DNA of 64,000 nucleotides from Candidatus Aldehydirespirator sp. (GCA_965219165.1 CBDCMW010000002.1:422706-486705), one strand, 5' to 3'; numbered from the stretch's first letter, positions 52,293-61,941 are shown. The notes: generated by a model not told the origin, from the letters alone. Program-made: numbers and translations.

Positions 52293-53660
52293 TCAGAACA
52301 GCGTCAAGTACTGGTTGACCTCGGAGGGGGTGACCTCATGGTGGTGGGCCAGGAACTCGTCGCGCTTCACCTTCACGAAGTAGTCGCGGTAGGGGCCCTC
52401 GGCCGTGTCGCCCAGGCCCCGGGCGATCACGTCGCACGAGGCGAGCCGGTCGGCGGCGTGCAACAGCGTCGGCGGCAGTGCCTTGATGCCCTTGGCCGCC
52501 ACCTGCTCGGCTGACAGCGTGAACAGGTTGTCCATGTTGGGCTCGCCCGGGTCGACGTCGTTGTCGATGCCGTCGAGGCCGCAGGCCAGCGTGGCCGCGA
52601 ACATCAGGTACGGGTTGGCGGCGCCGTCGCCCAGTCGGATCTCGATGCGGTCCGGCTCGGGCACGCGGATCATCTGGGTGCGGTTGTTGCCGCCGTAGAC
52701 CGCGTAGGCCGGCGCCCAGGTGGCCCCCGAGGTGGGTGCGCCCACCCCCATGCGCTTGTAGGAGTTCACGATCGGGCACAGCACCGCCACGAGTGCCGAG
52801 GCGTGCTCGATGATGCCTCCCGTGAACTTGTAGGCCGTGTCGCTCAGGCCCAGGCCCTTGGTGTCGGGGCCACCGGGTCCGCCCCCGATGAACAGCGGCT
52901 CGTCGGCGTCGCTGGACCACAGGCTCAGGTGGATGTGCAGGCCGTTGCCGGTCTTGTCGGCGAACGGTTTGGGCATGAACGTGGCGTAGCGGCCGTCGCG
53001 CTGGGCCAGGGTGTGCACCATCAGCCGGAACAGGATGAGCCGGTCGGCGGTGGTCAGCGCGTCGGCGTACTGCCAGTTCTGCTCGTACTGGCCGTTGGCG
53101 TCCTCGTGGTCGTTGGCGTAGTTGCCCCATCCCATGGCGTCGAGGTTCTTGGACACCGCGGTGAGATGCGGCAGCATCCGGGTGAGGCCCTTGGCGTCGT
53201 AGCAGGGCAGCGGCATGTTGTCGCGGTCGTCGGCCACGGCGATCGAGCCGTCGTCTCGGCGCACCACCAGCGAGTACTCGGCCTCCACGCCGCACTTGAG
53301 CACGAGGTTGCGCTCGGCGGCGGCCGCGAGGGCCCGGCGCAGGATCACCCGGGGGGCGTACGGCCACAGCTCGCCCTCCACGGTGGGGTCGCACTGCATG
53401 GCGGCCACGTTGGGCTGCCAGGGCAGCTGCGTGTACGAGGCCGGGTCGGGCAGGGCCAGGATGTCGGGGCTGGAGGGGTCCTGGCCCATGGGGCCGGCCG
53501 CGAAGCCCGCGAACCCGGCTCCGTCGCTCATCAACCCCTCAAGGGCGCCGACGGGCACGAGTTTGGCGCACGGCTTGCCGTGCATCTCCACGAACATGGC
53601 GTAGATGAACTCCACGCCGTCGGCCTCCACCCGGCTGCGGATCTCGGCGAGTGCGTCCAT
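52293..53660 (-). CDS. Glutamine synthetase family protein (GS-I-like; candidate gamma-glutamylmethylamide synthetase)
   Basis: ATG 53660, Met22 of the track ORF. GS beta-grasp and catalytic domains (EAEYSLV, GNGLHIHLSLW, NSYKRM, MIRVP). Divergent from a glutamate-synthase-like trio. Confidence 0.85.
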   Translation of the reverse strand: MDALAEIRSRVEADGVEFIYAMFVEMHGKPCAKLVPVGALEGLMSDGAGFAGFAAGPMGQDPSSPDILALPDPASYTQLPWQPNVAAMQCDPTVEGELWPYAPRVILRRALAAAAERNLVLKCGVEAEYSLVVRRDDGSIAVADDRDNMPLPCYDAKGLTRMLPHLTAVSKNLDAMGWGNYANDHEDANGQYEQNWQYADALTTADRLILFRLMVHTLAQRDGRYATFMPKPFADKTGNGLHIHLSLWSSDADEPLFIGGGPGGPDTKGLGLSDTAYKFTGGIIEHASALVAVLCPIVNSYKRMGVGAPTSGATWAPAYAVYGGNNRTQMIRVPEPDRIEIRLGDGAANPYLMFAATLACGLDGIDNDVDPGEPNMDNLFTLSAEQVAAKGIKALPPTLLHAADRLASCDVIARGLGDTAEGPYRDYFVKVKRDEFLAHHHEVTPSEVNQYLTLF

Positions 53661-53786
53661 GTGATTCCCCCTGTGGTCGTGCCGTGGTCGGCTGGGTCGC
53701 GGCAGCCGAGAGTAGTCAATCATCCACGGCCCGGGGAATCGGGCTCCTTCCGGCCGGCCGAAAATGTGCTGTTATGATGTAGCACC

Positions 53787-54035
53787 ATGCGTACACAGAT
53801 CGCTCTCGAGCCCGAACAGCACGCCATGGTCAAGCGCAAGGCCGCCGACTTGGGGATCAGCATGGCCGAGTACATACGTCGTCTCGTCGAACGCGACCTC
53901 GAGCGTGCCGAGACCCGTGCCGACATCTCTGCCATCTTCGGTATAGGCAACTCCGGTGGCAGCGACATCGCCGCCGAGGGCAAGCGTGCGATCGGGGAGG
54001 CGATCGAGGCGCACTGGAGAGAACGGACGACGTGA
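53787..54035 (+). CDS. vapB: Ribbon-helix-helix (CopG/VapB-type) antitoxin
   Basis: 82 aa. MRTQIALEPEQHAMVKRKAADLGISMAEYIRRLV RHH pattern. Its stop overlaps the PIN gene start (GTGA 54032-54035). Confidence 0.75.
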   Translation: MRTQIALEPEQHAMVKRKAADLGISMAEYIRRLVERDLERAETRADISAIFGIGNSGGSDIAAEGKRAIGEAIEAHWRERTT

Positions 54036-54448
54036 CGGTCTTCGTCGACACCTCCGCGTGGTACGCCGCAGCGGACGCGGATGACGCGAGCCACGTTCGG
54101 GCTAGGGATCTCCTCGAGAGATTCGCTGGGAACCTGCTTACGAGCGATCACATCCTCGTTGAGACTTGGGCCCTGACCGCGACGCGACTCGGATCAGGAG
54201 TTGCCGAGATGCTGGTCAACGCGATTCGGCACGGCAGGGCACGCGTGGAACTGGTCACACTCGCCGATCTTGAGGTAGCGGCACAGATCTACGAGGCGTT
54301 CGAGGATCAGGGATTCTCACTGGCCGACCGGACGAGCTGGTCGATGATGCAGCGCCTGGGAGTGCACGACGCCATCGCCTTCGACCGGGGCTACTGGATT
54401 TTCCGGTTCGGTCGCGACAAACGGCGGGCCTTCACCATCCACACGTAG
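54032..54448 (+). CDS. vapC: PIN-domain ribonuclease toxin
   Basis: 138 aa. VFVDTSAWYA (first acidic residue), later D/E residues spaced as in the PIN fold. Confidence 0.85.
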   Translation: MTVFVDTSAWYAAADADDASHVRARDLLERFAGNLLTSDHILVETWALTATRLGSGVAEMLVNAIRHGRARVELVTLADLEVAAQIYEAFEDQGFSLADRTSWSMMQRLGVHDAIAFDRGYWIFRFGRDKRRAFTIHT

Positions 54449-54580
54449 CGGGTCGTCGCAGTGCACAGCAGCGCGCCGCGGCGAAGACTTGACATGCCGG
54501 GCTCGGGCGGGAGTCGGGCGGCGCACTAGCGTGCGCGACTGGACTTCGAAGGGTTGTGGCCATCCGGGTGGAGGAGCGCT

Positions 54581-55480
54581 ATGTGCGGGATCGTGGGCCT
54601 GTTCTGCAAGACCGAGACCCATAGGCACGAGTTGGGCCGGCTCACCGCGGTGATGCTGCGGGAGATGCGCGATCGGGGGCCCGACAGCGCCGGGTTCGCG
54701 TCCTACGACCCGGGAGTCCCCGGCCGCACCCGCATAACCGTGCTGGCCGAGGGGATCGAGGTGGACTGGGCACCGGTGGCCGCCGCGCTGGAGAGCGTCC
54801 TGGGCGCCGAGGTGACCGTTGCCGTGGTGCACGATCACGCCGTGTTCTCCACCGACGGCGACGGCCGGGCTGCCCGCCAGTGGATCATCGACAACGTGTA
54901 CGGCGCCTCGGTGCTGAGCTACGGCACCCAGATCGAGCTGTACAAGGCGGTGGGCGACCCCGACCTGGTGGCTGAGCGCTACGACCTGGCCTCCCGCACC
55001 GGCACCCACGCGCTGGCCCACACCCGCATGGCCACCGAGTCGGCCGTCACCACCAACGGGTCGCATCCCTTCGCCACCGGGGCCGACACCTGCCTGGTCC
55101 ACAACGGGTCGCTGTCGAACCACAACCGGCTGCGGCGCTTCCTCCAGTCTCGGGGCGAGTCGTTCCAGACCGAGAACGACTCCGAGGTGGCCGCCGGCTA
55201 CCTGTCGTGGCGGCTGCGCTCGGGCGACACGATCTCGCAGGCGCTCGAGGCGGCTCTGGGCGACCTCGACGGCTTCTATACCTTCGCCATCGGCGTGGCC
55301 GACGGGTTCGCCATCCTGCGCGACCCCATCGCCTGCAAGCCCGCGGTGGTGGCCGAGACCGACGACTGGGTCGCCATGTCGTCGGAGTACCGGGCCATCG
55401 CCCGCCTGCCCGGCGCGGTCGACGCCGAGGTGTGGGAGCCCGAGCCCGGCCGCGTCTACACCTGGAGCCTGGCCGCGTGA
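54581..55480 (+). CDS. Class-II glutamine amidotransferase (GltB N-domain-like; MgsA-type)
   Basis: ATG 54581 after GGAGGAG. Protein starts MCGIVG (catalytic Cys2). Ntn-amidotransferase pattern HTRMATES, HNGSLSNH. Confidence 0.85.
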   Translation: MCGIVGLFCKTETHRHELGRLTAVMLREMRDRGPDSAGFASYDPGVPGRTRITVLAEGIEVDWAPVAAALESVLGAEVTVAVVHDHAVFSTDGDGRAARQWIIDNVYGASVLSYGTQIELYKAVGDPDLVAERYDLASRTGTHALAHTRMATESAVTTNGSHPFATGADTCLVHNGSLSNHNRLRRFLQSRGESFQTENDSEVAAGYLSWRLRSGDTISQALEAALGDLDGFYTFAIGVADGFAILRDPIACKPAVVAETDDWVAMSSEYRAIARLPGAVDAEVWEPEPGRVYTWSLAA

Positions 55481-56199
55481 ACATGGCCGGTCACAGCTTC
55501 GACCTCGCGGCGGTGACGCGGCGCGAGCTGAACCGGGCCCTGCACGCCGCCGAGGACGGGGACTCCTTCGAGGTGGTCAACCCGCGGGGCGCCCACGCCG
55601 TGGCCTGCGGCATCACCGCGGACATCAATGTGGTGGTGCGCGGCTCGGTGGGCTACTACTGCGCCGGGATGCACCAGCGGGGCCGCGTGCTGGTGGAGGG
55701 CAACGCCAGCACCGGGCTGGCCGAGAACATCATGTCGGGGGTGGTGCGCATCGTCGGCAACGCCACGATGTCAGCGGGGGCCACCGGCTGCGGCGGGCTA
55801 GTGGTGGTGGGCGGCAACGCCGGCGCGCGCTGCGGGATCTCGATGAAGGGCGTCGACATCGTGGTCGGCGGCAACGTGGGCCACATGAGCGCCTTCATGG
55901 CCCAGGAGGGGAACCTCGTGGTTTGCGGGAGCGCGGCCGCCGATCTGGGCGACTCGATCTACGAGGCTCAGATATTCGTGCGAGGCGACGTGGATTCGTT
56001 GGGCGCCGACTGCGTCGAGAAGGAGATGAGGCCCGAGCATCTCGACACGCTGGCCGGGCTGCTGGCCGCGGCCGGCCCGACCGTGGACGGGGCGGACCCG
56101 TCGAACTTCCGCCGCTACGGATCGGCCCGTCGCCTCTACAACTTCACCATCGACGACGTGGACGCCTTGGAAGCCGCGAAGGAGGCCGCAAGCCGATGA
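55477..56199 (+). CDS. GXGXG-motif protein (GltB C-terminal-domain-like; MgsB-type)
   Basis: GTG 55477 overlaps the upstream stop (GTGA); an alternative ATG lies at 55483. Repeated beta-helix pattern GSVGYYCAG...VEGNAS...IVGNAT...VVGGNAG...VVGGNVG. Confidence 0.85.
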   Translation: MNMAGHSFDLAAVTRRELNRALHAAEDGDSFEVVNPRGAHAVACGITADINVVVRGSVGYYCAGMHQRGRVLVEGNASTGLAENIMSGVVRIVGNATMSAGATGCGGLVVVGGNAGARCGISMKGVDIVVGGNVGHMSAFMAQEGNLVVCGSAAADLGDSIYEAQIFVRGDVDSLGADCVEKEMRPEHLDTLAGLLAAAGPTVDGADPSNFRRYGSARRLYNFTIDDVDALEAAKEAASR

Positions 56200-57617
56200 C
56201 TGCGACACCGCCGCACGACGGCCCCGGGTCGGCCGACGCCGCCGCCGCCCCGCCGTCTGGCCTCACAGCGCCCAATGGGGCCGAGCCGATCCTGGCGTCG
56301 GACCCCGGCTACTGGCATCTGCGGGAGTCGTACACGTTCGACCGCAGCGTCATCGCCGAGATCCGCCGGGCGGCCAACACCGGCATCTACCGGATCCGGG
56401 GCTGGGGGGCCAAGCGCCGCCTGCCCACCCTCGACGACCTGGTGTTCCTCGGTGCGTCGATGTCGCGCTACCCGCTGGAGGGCTACCGCGAGGCGTGCGG
56501 CACCGACGTGGTGATCGGCGAGGCCCGGGCCGAGCGGCCGGTGCGCCTCAAGATCCCGGTCACCATCGCGGGCATGAGCTTCGGCTCGTTGTCCGCTCAG
56601 GCCAAGGAGGCCCTGGGCCGGGGTGCCTCGGCCGCGGGCACGTCCACCACCACGGGCGACGGGGGCATGACCGAGGAGGAGCGCCAGCACTCCACGACGC
56701 TCGTGTACCAGTACCTGCCGTCTCGCTACGGCATGAACCCCGACCATCTGCGGGCCGCGGACGCCATAGAGGTGGTGGTCGGTCAGGGGGCCAAACCCGG
56801 TGGCGGCGGGATGCTTCTCGGCCAGAAGATCACGGCCCGGGTGGCAGAGATGCGCACCTTGCCCGAGGGCATCGACCAGCGCTCCGCCTGCCGCCACCCC
56901 GACTGGACCGGCCCCGACGACCTGGAGATCAAGATCGGCGAACTGCGCGAGATCGTCGACTGGCAGGTGCCGGTGTACGTGAAGGTGGGAGCGGCCCGCC
57001 CCTACTACGACACCGCGCTGGCGGTGAAGGCCGGCGCCGACGCCGTGGTCGTTGACGGCATGCAGGGCGGAACGGCCGCCACCCAGGACGTGTTCATCGA
57101 GCATGTGGGGATCCCCACTCTCGCAGCCATCGGCGAGGCGGTGAGGGCCCTGCGCGAGCTCGGCGTTCACCGGGCCGAGGTGAAGCTCATCGTCGCGGGC
57201 GGCATCCGCTCGGGTGCCGACGTGGCCAAGGCTCTGGCCCTCGGGGCTGACGCCTGCTCGATCGGCACGGCCGCCCTGATCGCCATCGGCGACAACGATC
57301 CGGAGTACGAGGCCGAGTATCGGGCCCTCGGCACTTCCGCAGGCTTCTGGGAGGATTTCCAGGCCGGCACCGACCCCGCCGGGATCACCACCCAGGACCC
57401 CGAGTTGTCGGCCCGCTTGGATCCGGTGCTGGCCGGACGGCGCCTGGCCAACTACCTGCAGGTGCTCACGATCGAGACCCAGATACTGGCTCGGGCCAAC
57501 GGCAAGTCGCATGTGTTGAACCTCGAGCCCGAGGACCTGGCCGCGCTGACCGTGGAGGCCGCGGCTATGGCCAAGGTCCCCCTGGCCGGCACCGACTGGA
57601 TCCCCGGCACCGCCTGA
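56196..57617 (+). CDS. FMN-binding glutamate synthase family protein (GltB central-domain-like; MgsC-type)
   Basis: ATG 56196 overlaps the upstream stop (ATGA). QGAKPGGGGML, VVVDGMQGGTAA and GGIRSGADVAKALALGAD motifs of the Glu_synthase domain. Confidence 0.85.
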   Translation: MTATPPHDGPGSADAAAAPPSGLTAPNGAEPILASDPGYWHLRESYTFDRSVIAEIRRAANTGIYRIRGWGAKRRLPTLDDLVFLGASMSRYPLEGYREACGTDVVIGEARAERPVRLKIPVTIAGMSFGSLSAQAKEALGRGASAAGTSTTTGDGGMTEEERQHSTTLVYQYLPSRYGMNPDHLRAADAIEVVVGQGAKPGGGGMLLGQKITARVAEMRTLPEGIDQRSACRHPDWTGPDDLEIKIGELREIVDWQVPVYVKVGAARPYYDTALAVKAGADAVVVDGMQGGTAATQDVFIEHVGIPTLAAIGEAVRALRELGVHRAEVKLIVAGGIRSGADVAKALALGADACSIGTAALIAIGDNDPEYEAEYRALGTSAGFWEDFQAGTDPAGITTQDPELSARLDPVLAGRRLANYLQVLTIETQILARANGKSHVLNLEPEDLAALTVEAAAMAKVPLAGTDWIPGTA

Positions 57618-57630
57618 CCGCCCGGCAGGG

Positions 57631-57768
57631 TCAGGCCTGCGCTAGCGCCCCGACGGGCACCAGCACAACGAGCCGATCGCGCGCTGCGTCGCTCAGCGTC
57701 GCCCAGACGGCGCGGTTGCCGCGGTCGAGCGCAATCAACGCTCCCGTGTCCAGCACCAGGGTGAGCAT
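57631..57768 (-). pseudogene. Truncated PIN-domain toxin remnant (45 codons)
   Basis: Hand translation MLTLVLDTGALIALDRGNRAVWATLSDAARDRLVVLVPVGALAQA*. This is only the N-terminal third of a PIN fold. Its ATG shares a base with the stop of the upstream ORF (TGATG). Confidence 0.5.
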
Positions 57769-58076
57769 CAGTCAAGCGGAGTGAGAGCGGCTCGCGCCCA
57801 TGCGAGTTCCTCTTCGGTGAAGGGGCCGTGCTCGGCCTCGAACTCGGCCACGGTCTCGAGCAGGCCGCGGCTCATCCGTTCGCGCTCTTCGTCGGTGATC
57901 GGCGGCATGGGGTCGGGGCCGAGGATGCCGGCGCCGATCTCGCCGGTTGGCTGGGCCTCACCCGGCGGCTGGGCGTCGCTCGGTGGCGGGGTGGTGCCCG
58001 CCGCTGGTTGTGGAGTCTCGGGTGGCGCGGGCCTGGTGGTGGTGGCGAGGTCTTCGGGAGCGGGGGGCTGGTTCAT
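57768..58076 (-). CDS. Hypothetical Pro-rich protein, possible antitoxin partner of the PIN remnant
   Basis: ATG 58076, preceded by GGAG. C-terminal helical segment ITDEERERMSRGLLETVAEFEAEHGPFTEEELAWARAAL. No family recognised. Confidence 0.4.
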   Translation of the reverse strand: MNQPPAPEDLATTTRPAPPETPQPAAGTTPPPSDAQPPGEAQPTGEIGAGILGPDPMPPITDEERERMSRGLLETVAEFEAEHGPFTEEELAWARAALTPLD

Positions 58077-58410
58077 GGGGTTGCTCCTGGGTTGCGACCG
58101 CGGGCGGGGATGGTGAGGCCTCCTGGCCGTCGGGCTCGGCATTGAGTTGTGATAACATGATTATACATAGACATATCTGATGTTCACAACACGGTAGCAG
58201 GAATTGTGATCCGGTTCCTACGCCGTCAGTGCCATGCGGATCGAGAAGGGCTACCACGGCTGGCAGTTCGAGTCTGGTGTGGAGTACACGGGTGTTGAGG
58301 CCGCGGCGATGGCTAGAGTCCCGCTGGCCGGCACCGGCTGGGTGCCAGGCATAGGCTGATCCGACTGGGGCCGGGCGAGCCGGGCCGATCAATCGACGGA
58401 GGGGAGTTCG

Positions 58411-60870
58411 ATGGCCGGAGGGCTGCCCGATCGGGCCCAGGTCGTGGTAGTGGGCGGCGGCATCGTCGGGTGCAGCGTGGCCTACCACCTGGCCCGCCGC
58501 GGCATCACCGACGTGGTCGTTCTCGAGCAGAACAAGCTCACCGGCGGCACCACCTGGCACGCCGCCGGCCTGGTGTCGCAGCTCAAGTCCACCCACAGCC
58601 TCACCAAGCTCGCCACCTACTCGGCCCGGCTCTACGAGGCCCTCGAGGACGAGACCGGCCAGGCCACCGGATGCCGCACACCCGGGTCGATCTCGGTGGC
58701 CGCCGACGCCGAGCGCTGGGAGGAGATCAGGCGGGGCGCGGCCATGGCCGTCTCGGTGGGCGTCGAGACACGCGAGATCGACATCGACGAGCTGCGCGAG
58801 CGCTGGCCGCTGATCCGCACCGACGACATCGTCGGCGCGCTGTACATCCCCCGCGACGGCCACACCTCCCCGGTGGACACAACCATGGCGCTGGCCAAGG
58901 GGGCCCGCAGCCGCGGGGCGCGCATCGTCGAGGACGTAGCGGTCACCGGACTGCGCACCGAGGCCGGTGCCATCTGCGGCGTCGACACCGAGCAGGGCAG
59001 CATCGAGACCCAGACCGTCGTGCTGGCCACCGGCATCTGGACCCGCCAGCTCGCCGCCCAGATCGGTGTGAACGTGCCGCTGCAGGCCTGCGAGCACTTC
59101 TACGTCGTCAGCGAGCCCCTCGGCCTGGACGCCGACACGCCGGTACTGCGCGACCCCGGCAACTACACGTACTTCAAGGAGGAGACCGGCAAGATCATGG
59201 CCGGCTTCTTCGAGCCCCGGGGCAAGGTGTGGAACCTCGACGGCGTCCCCCGGGACTTCTCGTTCGGCACGCTGGGCGAGGACTGGGACCACATCGGGCC
59301 GGTCTTCGAGCGGTCCATCCACCGGGTGCCGGCGCTGGGCGAATGCGGCATCCAGCTGTTCCTCAACGGCCCCGAGGCCTTCACCCCCGACGGGGTGTAC
59401 TACCTGGGCGAGGCGCCCGAGGTCGACGGCTGCTTCGTGGCCGCCGGCTTCAACTCGGTGGGCATCCAGTCCGCGGGCGGGGTCGGCTGGGCTCTGGCCG
59501 ACTGGATCGCGGACCGCCACCCGCCCATGGACCTGTCGTCGGTGGACATCCGCCGGGCCTTCGAATTCCAGGCCGACCCCGCCTACCTGGCTGAGCGCAT
59601 CCCCGAGAGCCTGGGGCTGCTGTACGCCATGCACTGGCCCTTCTACCAGTACGAGAGCGCCCGGGGCCGGCGGATGTCGCCGCTGCACGACCGCCTGGAC
59701 GCGGCGGGCGCGGTGTTCGGAGAGACCGCGGGCTGGGAGCGGCCCAACTGGTACGCCTTCGACGGCCAGGCCCGCACCTACGTCTACAGCTACGGCAAGC
59801 AGAACTGGTGGGCCAACGCGGGTGAGGAGTGCCGGGCGGTGCGGGAGCGGGTGGCGCTGTTCGACCAGACCTCGTTCGCCAAGTTCACCGTGGACGGACC
59901 CGACTCGCTCGCGGTGCTCGACGAGTTGAGCACAGCCCGCATCGACGTGCCCGTGGGCCGGGCGGTGTACACGCAGTGGTGCAACCGCGGGGGCGGCATC
60001 GAGGCCGACCTGACCGTGACCCGCATGGGACTGGACCGCTTCCTGGTGGTGACCGCAGCCGCGGCCCAGACCCGGGACTGGGCCCGCCTGCGCCGGGCGT
60101 GCCGTTGCCGAGCCGTGGAGATCGCCGACATCACCGAGCACTGGGCCATGGTCGGGCTGATGGGCCCGAAGTCCCGTTTCGTGCTCGCCCCGCTCACCGG
60201 CGCGTCGCTGACCAACACCGACTTCCCGTTCGGTGTATCGCAGCGCATCAATGTGGCCGGCATCGACGTGCTGGCGTTGCGCATGAGCTACGTGGGCGAG
60301 CTGGGCTGGGAGCTCTACCTGCCCAACGCGCATGCGGTGGACCTGTACGACGCGCTGATGGACGCGGGTGAGCCCCACGGTCTGGCCCTGGCCGGCTACC
60401 ACGCCATGAACACGCTCCGGCTGGAGTCGGGCTACCGCCACTGGGGCCACGACATCACCGACGAGGACACCCCGATCGAGGCCGGACTGGGCTTCACGAT
60501 CGGCTGGGACAAGCCGAACCCCTGGAACGGCCGGACCGCCCTGGAGGCCCAGCGCGACCGTCCCCGCAACAAGCGCCTGATCCAGTTCCGCCTGGAGCAT
60601 CCCGAGCTGCTGTGCTATCACGACGACCCCATCCTGCGGAACGGTGAGCCCGTGGGCAGCACCACGTCGTCGATGTGGAGCTATGTCGAGGACCGCTGCC
60701 TGGCCATGGGCTACTTGCACCGCTCCGGCCGCGAGGGCGTGGTCCAGGACTGGCTCGACTCCGGCACCTTCGAGATCAGCGTGGGCGGCGAGCTGGTGGC
60801 GGCCACCCCGTCGATCCGCAGCTTCTACGATCCCCGCAACCAGAGAGTACGCCTGGAGGACGGCCCATAA
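58411..60870 (+). CDS. Dimethylglycine oxidase-type FAD oxidoreductase fused to aminomethyltransferase (GcvT) folate domain
   Basis: 819 aa. VVVVGGGIVGCSVAYHLA DAO fold, GGTTWHAAGLV. C-terminal GcvT-like domain (FAKFTVDGPD, YVGELGWELYLP). Confidence 0.88.
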   Translation: MAGGLPDRAQVVVVGGGIVGCSVAYHLARRGITDVVVLEQNKLTGGTTWHAAGLVSQLKSTHSLTKLATYSARLYEALEDETGQATGCRTPGSISVAADAERWEEIRRGAAMAVSVGVETREIDIDELRERWPLIRTDDIVGALYIPRDGHTSPVDTTMALAKGARSRGARIVEDVAVTGLRTEAGAICGVDTEQGSIETQTVVLATGIWTRQLAAQIGVNVPLQACEHFYVVSEPLGLDADTPVLRDPGNYTYFKEETGKIMAGFFEPRGKVWNLDGVPRDFSFGTLGEDWDHIGPVFERSIHRVPALGECGIQLFLNGPEAFTPDGVYYLGEAPEVDGCFVAAGFNSVGIQSAGGVGWALADWIADRHPPMDLSSVDIRRAFEFQADPAYLAERIPESLGLLYAMHWPFYQYESARGRRMSPLHDRLDAAGAVFGETAGWERPNWYAFDGQARTYVYSYGKQNWWANAGEECRAVRERVALFDQTSFAKFTVDGPDSLAVLDELSTARIDVPVGRAVYTQWCNRGGGIEADLTVTRMGLDRFLVVTAAAAQTRDWARLRRACRCRAVEIADITEHWAMVGLMGPKSRFVLAPLTGASLTNTDFPFGVSQRINVAGIDVLALRMSYVGELGWELYLPNAHAVDLYDALMDAGEPHGLALAGYHAMNTLRLESGYRHWGHDITDEDTPIEAGLGFTIGWDKPNPWNGRTALEAQRDRPRNKRLIQFRLEHPELLCYHDDPILRNGEPVGSTTSSMWSYVEDRCLAMGYLHRSGREGVVQDWLDSGTFEISVGGELVAATPSIRSFYDPRNQRVRLEDGP

Positions 60871-60907
60871 CGCACGAGGCCTCGTCGATCCCGGTTACGG
60901 CTGTCGG

Positions 60908-61891
60908 TCATGCGGTTGCGGCCGGGGGCAGTCTGGACCGGTAGATGTCCATGAGGCGGGGGAACCATCGACCCCAGAACGAGGTCGACGTCTCGTCGAG
61001 GGAGCGGTCGATCTCGGCTGTGAAGGACTGCATCAGTTGGGAATTGCTGAACAGCTCGCTGTGAGCGCTCACCGCTGAGTGGGCGGCCATGAAGGCTCGT
61101 CGGGCCCGCTTGCCGGCCCAGTCGGCGGAGAGGAACTCGGCTGGCAGCAGCGGATCGTCGCGAAGCACCCCTTCGGTGTCGACTATGGCAGCGAACATCA
61201 AGGCCGCGAGCCGGTCGCCGTCCGTGGCCGGGGCCTGCGCCGCGATGGACGTCAGTCGGTGCTCGATGGACGTGTAGCGATCGGCGAGCGCATCGAGCGA
61301 CCAGAGCCGGTTCACGATGTCCGCGCGTCGCGAGTCGGTCCCAATCCGGATCGTTGGGGTGACGAGGCTGGTCACGGTCTCGGCCACGCCAAGGTGGAAG
61401 GCAAGTTGGCGCACGAAGGCCGAGAGGTCGTAGGCGTGTACGTAAAGGCCTGACTGCGCGGGCGCGGCGCCCAACTCGACGAGAAGGTTTCGGAGCGCGT
61501 CGCGCGCCCCCCGACGCCTCTCGGGGATCTCGAAGCTGGTGAGGTGCCAGCAGCCATCCCAGGGTTCGAGGTTCGCGTCGACTCGGTGCGCGAACGCTGT
61601 CCACGCGAGGTCGGCGTCGAGCGCGGCCCGCCCCGAGTCGGTCACGACGTAGTGCGCTGAACGCCCACGCCCGTCAACGCGGACCAGCAGTCCGTCTCGT
61701 ACGACCCGGGCCAGGCGGTCCCTCATGGCCTTGTCGCTGTGTCCCGCGGCCGCGGCAACCGCGAAGAGCGGCGCGGCATCGAGCTTGCCGTCCGTGCTGA
61801 TTGCCGACAACACGAGCGCGCGGGTGGGCAGGGTACCGCCCGGGACCGTGCTGGCGCCGGTCAGGGTGCCTCGCTTCTCATGATGGCGCAC
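60908..61891 (-). CDS. PaaX-like transcriptional regulator
   Basis: 327 aa. wHTH region plus PaaX hallmark WDGCWHLTSFEIPERRRGARDALRNLLVELGAAPAQSGLYV. Confidence 0.65.
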   Translation of the reverse strand: MRHHEKRGTLTGASTVPGGTLPTRALVLSAISTDGKLDAAPLFAVAAAAGHSDKAMRDRLARVVRDGLLVRVDGRGRSAHYVVTDSGRAALDADLAWTAFAHRVDANLEPWDGCWHLTSFEIPERRRGARDALRNLLVELGAAPAQSGLYVHAYDLSAFVRQLAFHLGVAETVTSLVTPTIRIGTDSRRADIVNRLWSLDALADRYTSIEHRLTSIAAQAPATDGDRLAALMFAAIVDTEGVLRDDPLLPAEFLSADWAGKRARRAFMAAHSAVSAHSELFSNSQLMQSFTAEIDRSLDETSTSFWGRWFPRLMDIYRSRLPPAATA

Positions 61892-61941
61892 TATATCAAC
61901 GGCCGTGGGTAAGTTGCGCCATTCACGCTAGGCTGGTGGGC

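Noticed and set aside
57958-60720. 920-aa minus-strand ORF antisense to the dimethylglycine-oxidase gene
   Set aside because: Same high-GC artefact. The plus-strand frame has clear FAD and GcvT motifs.
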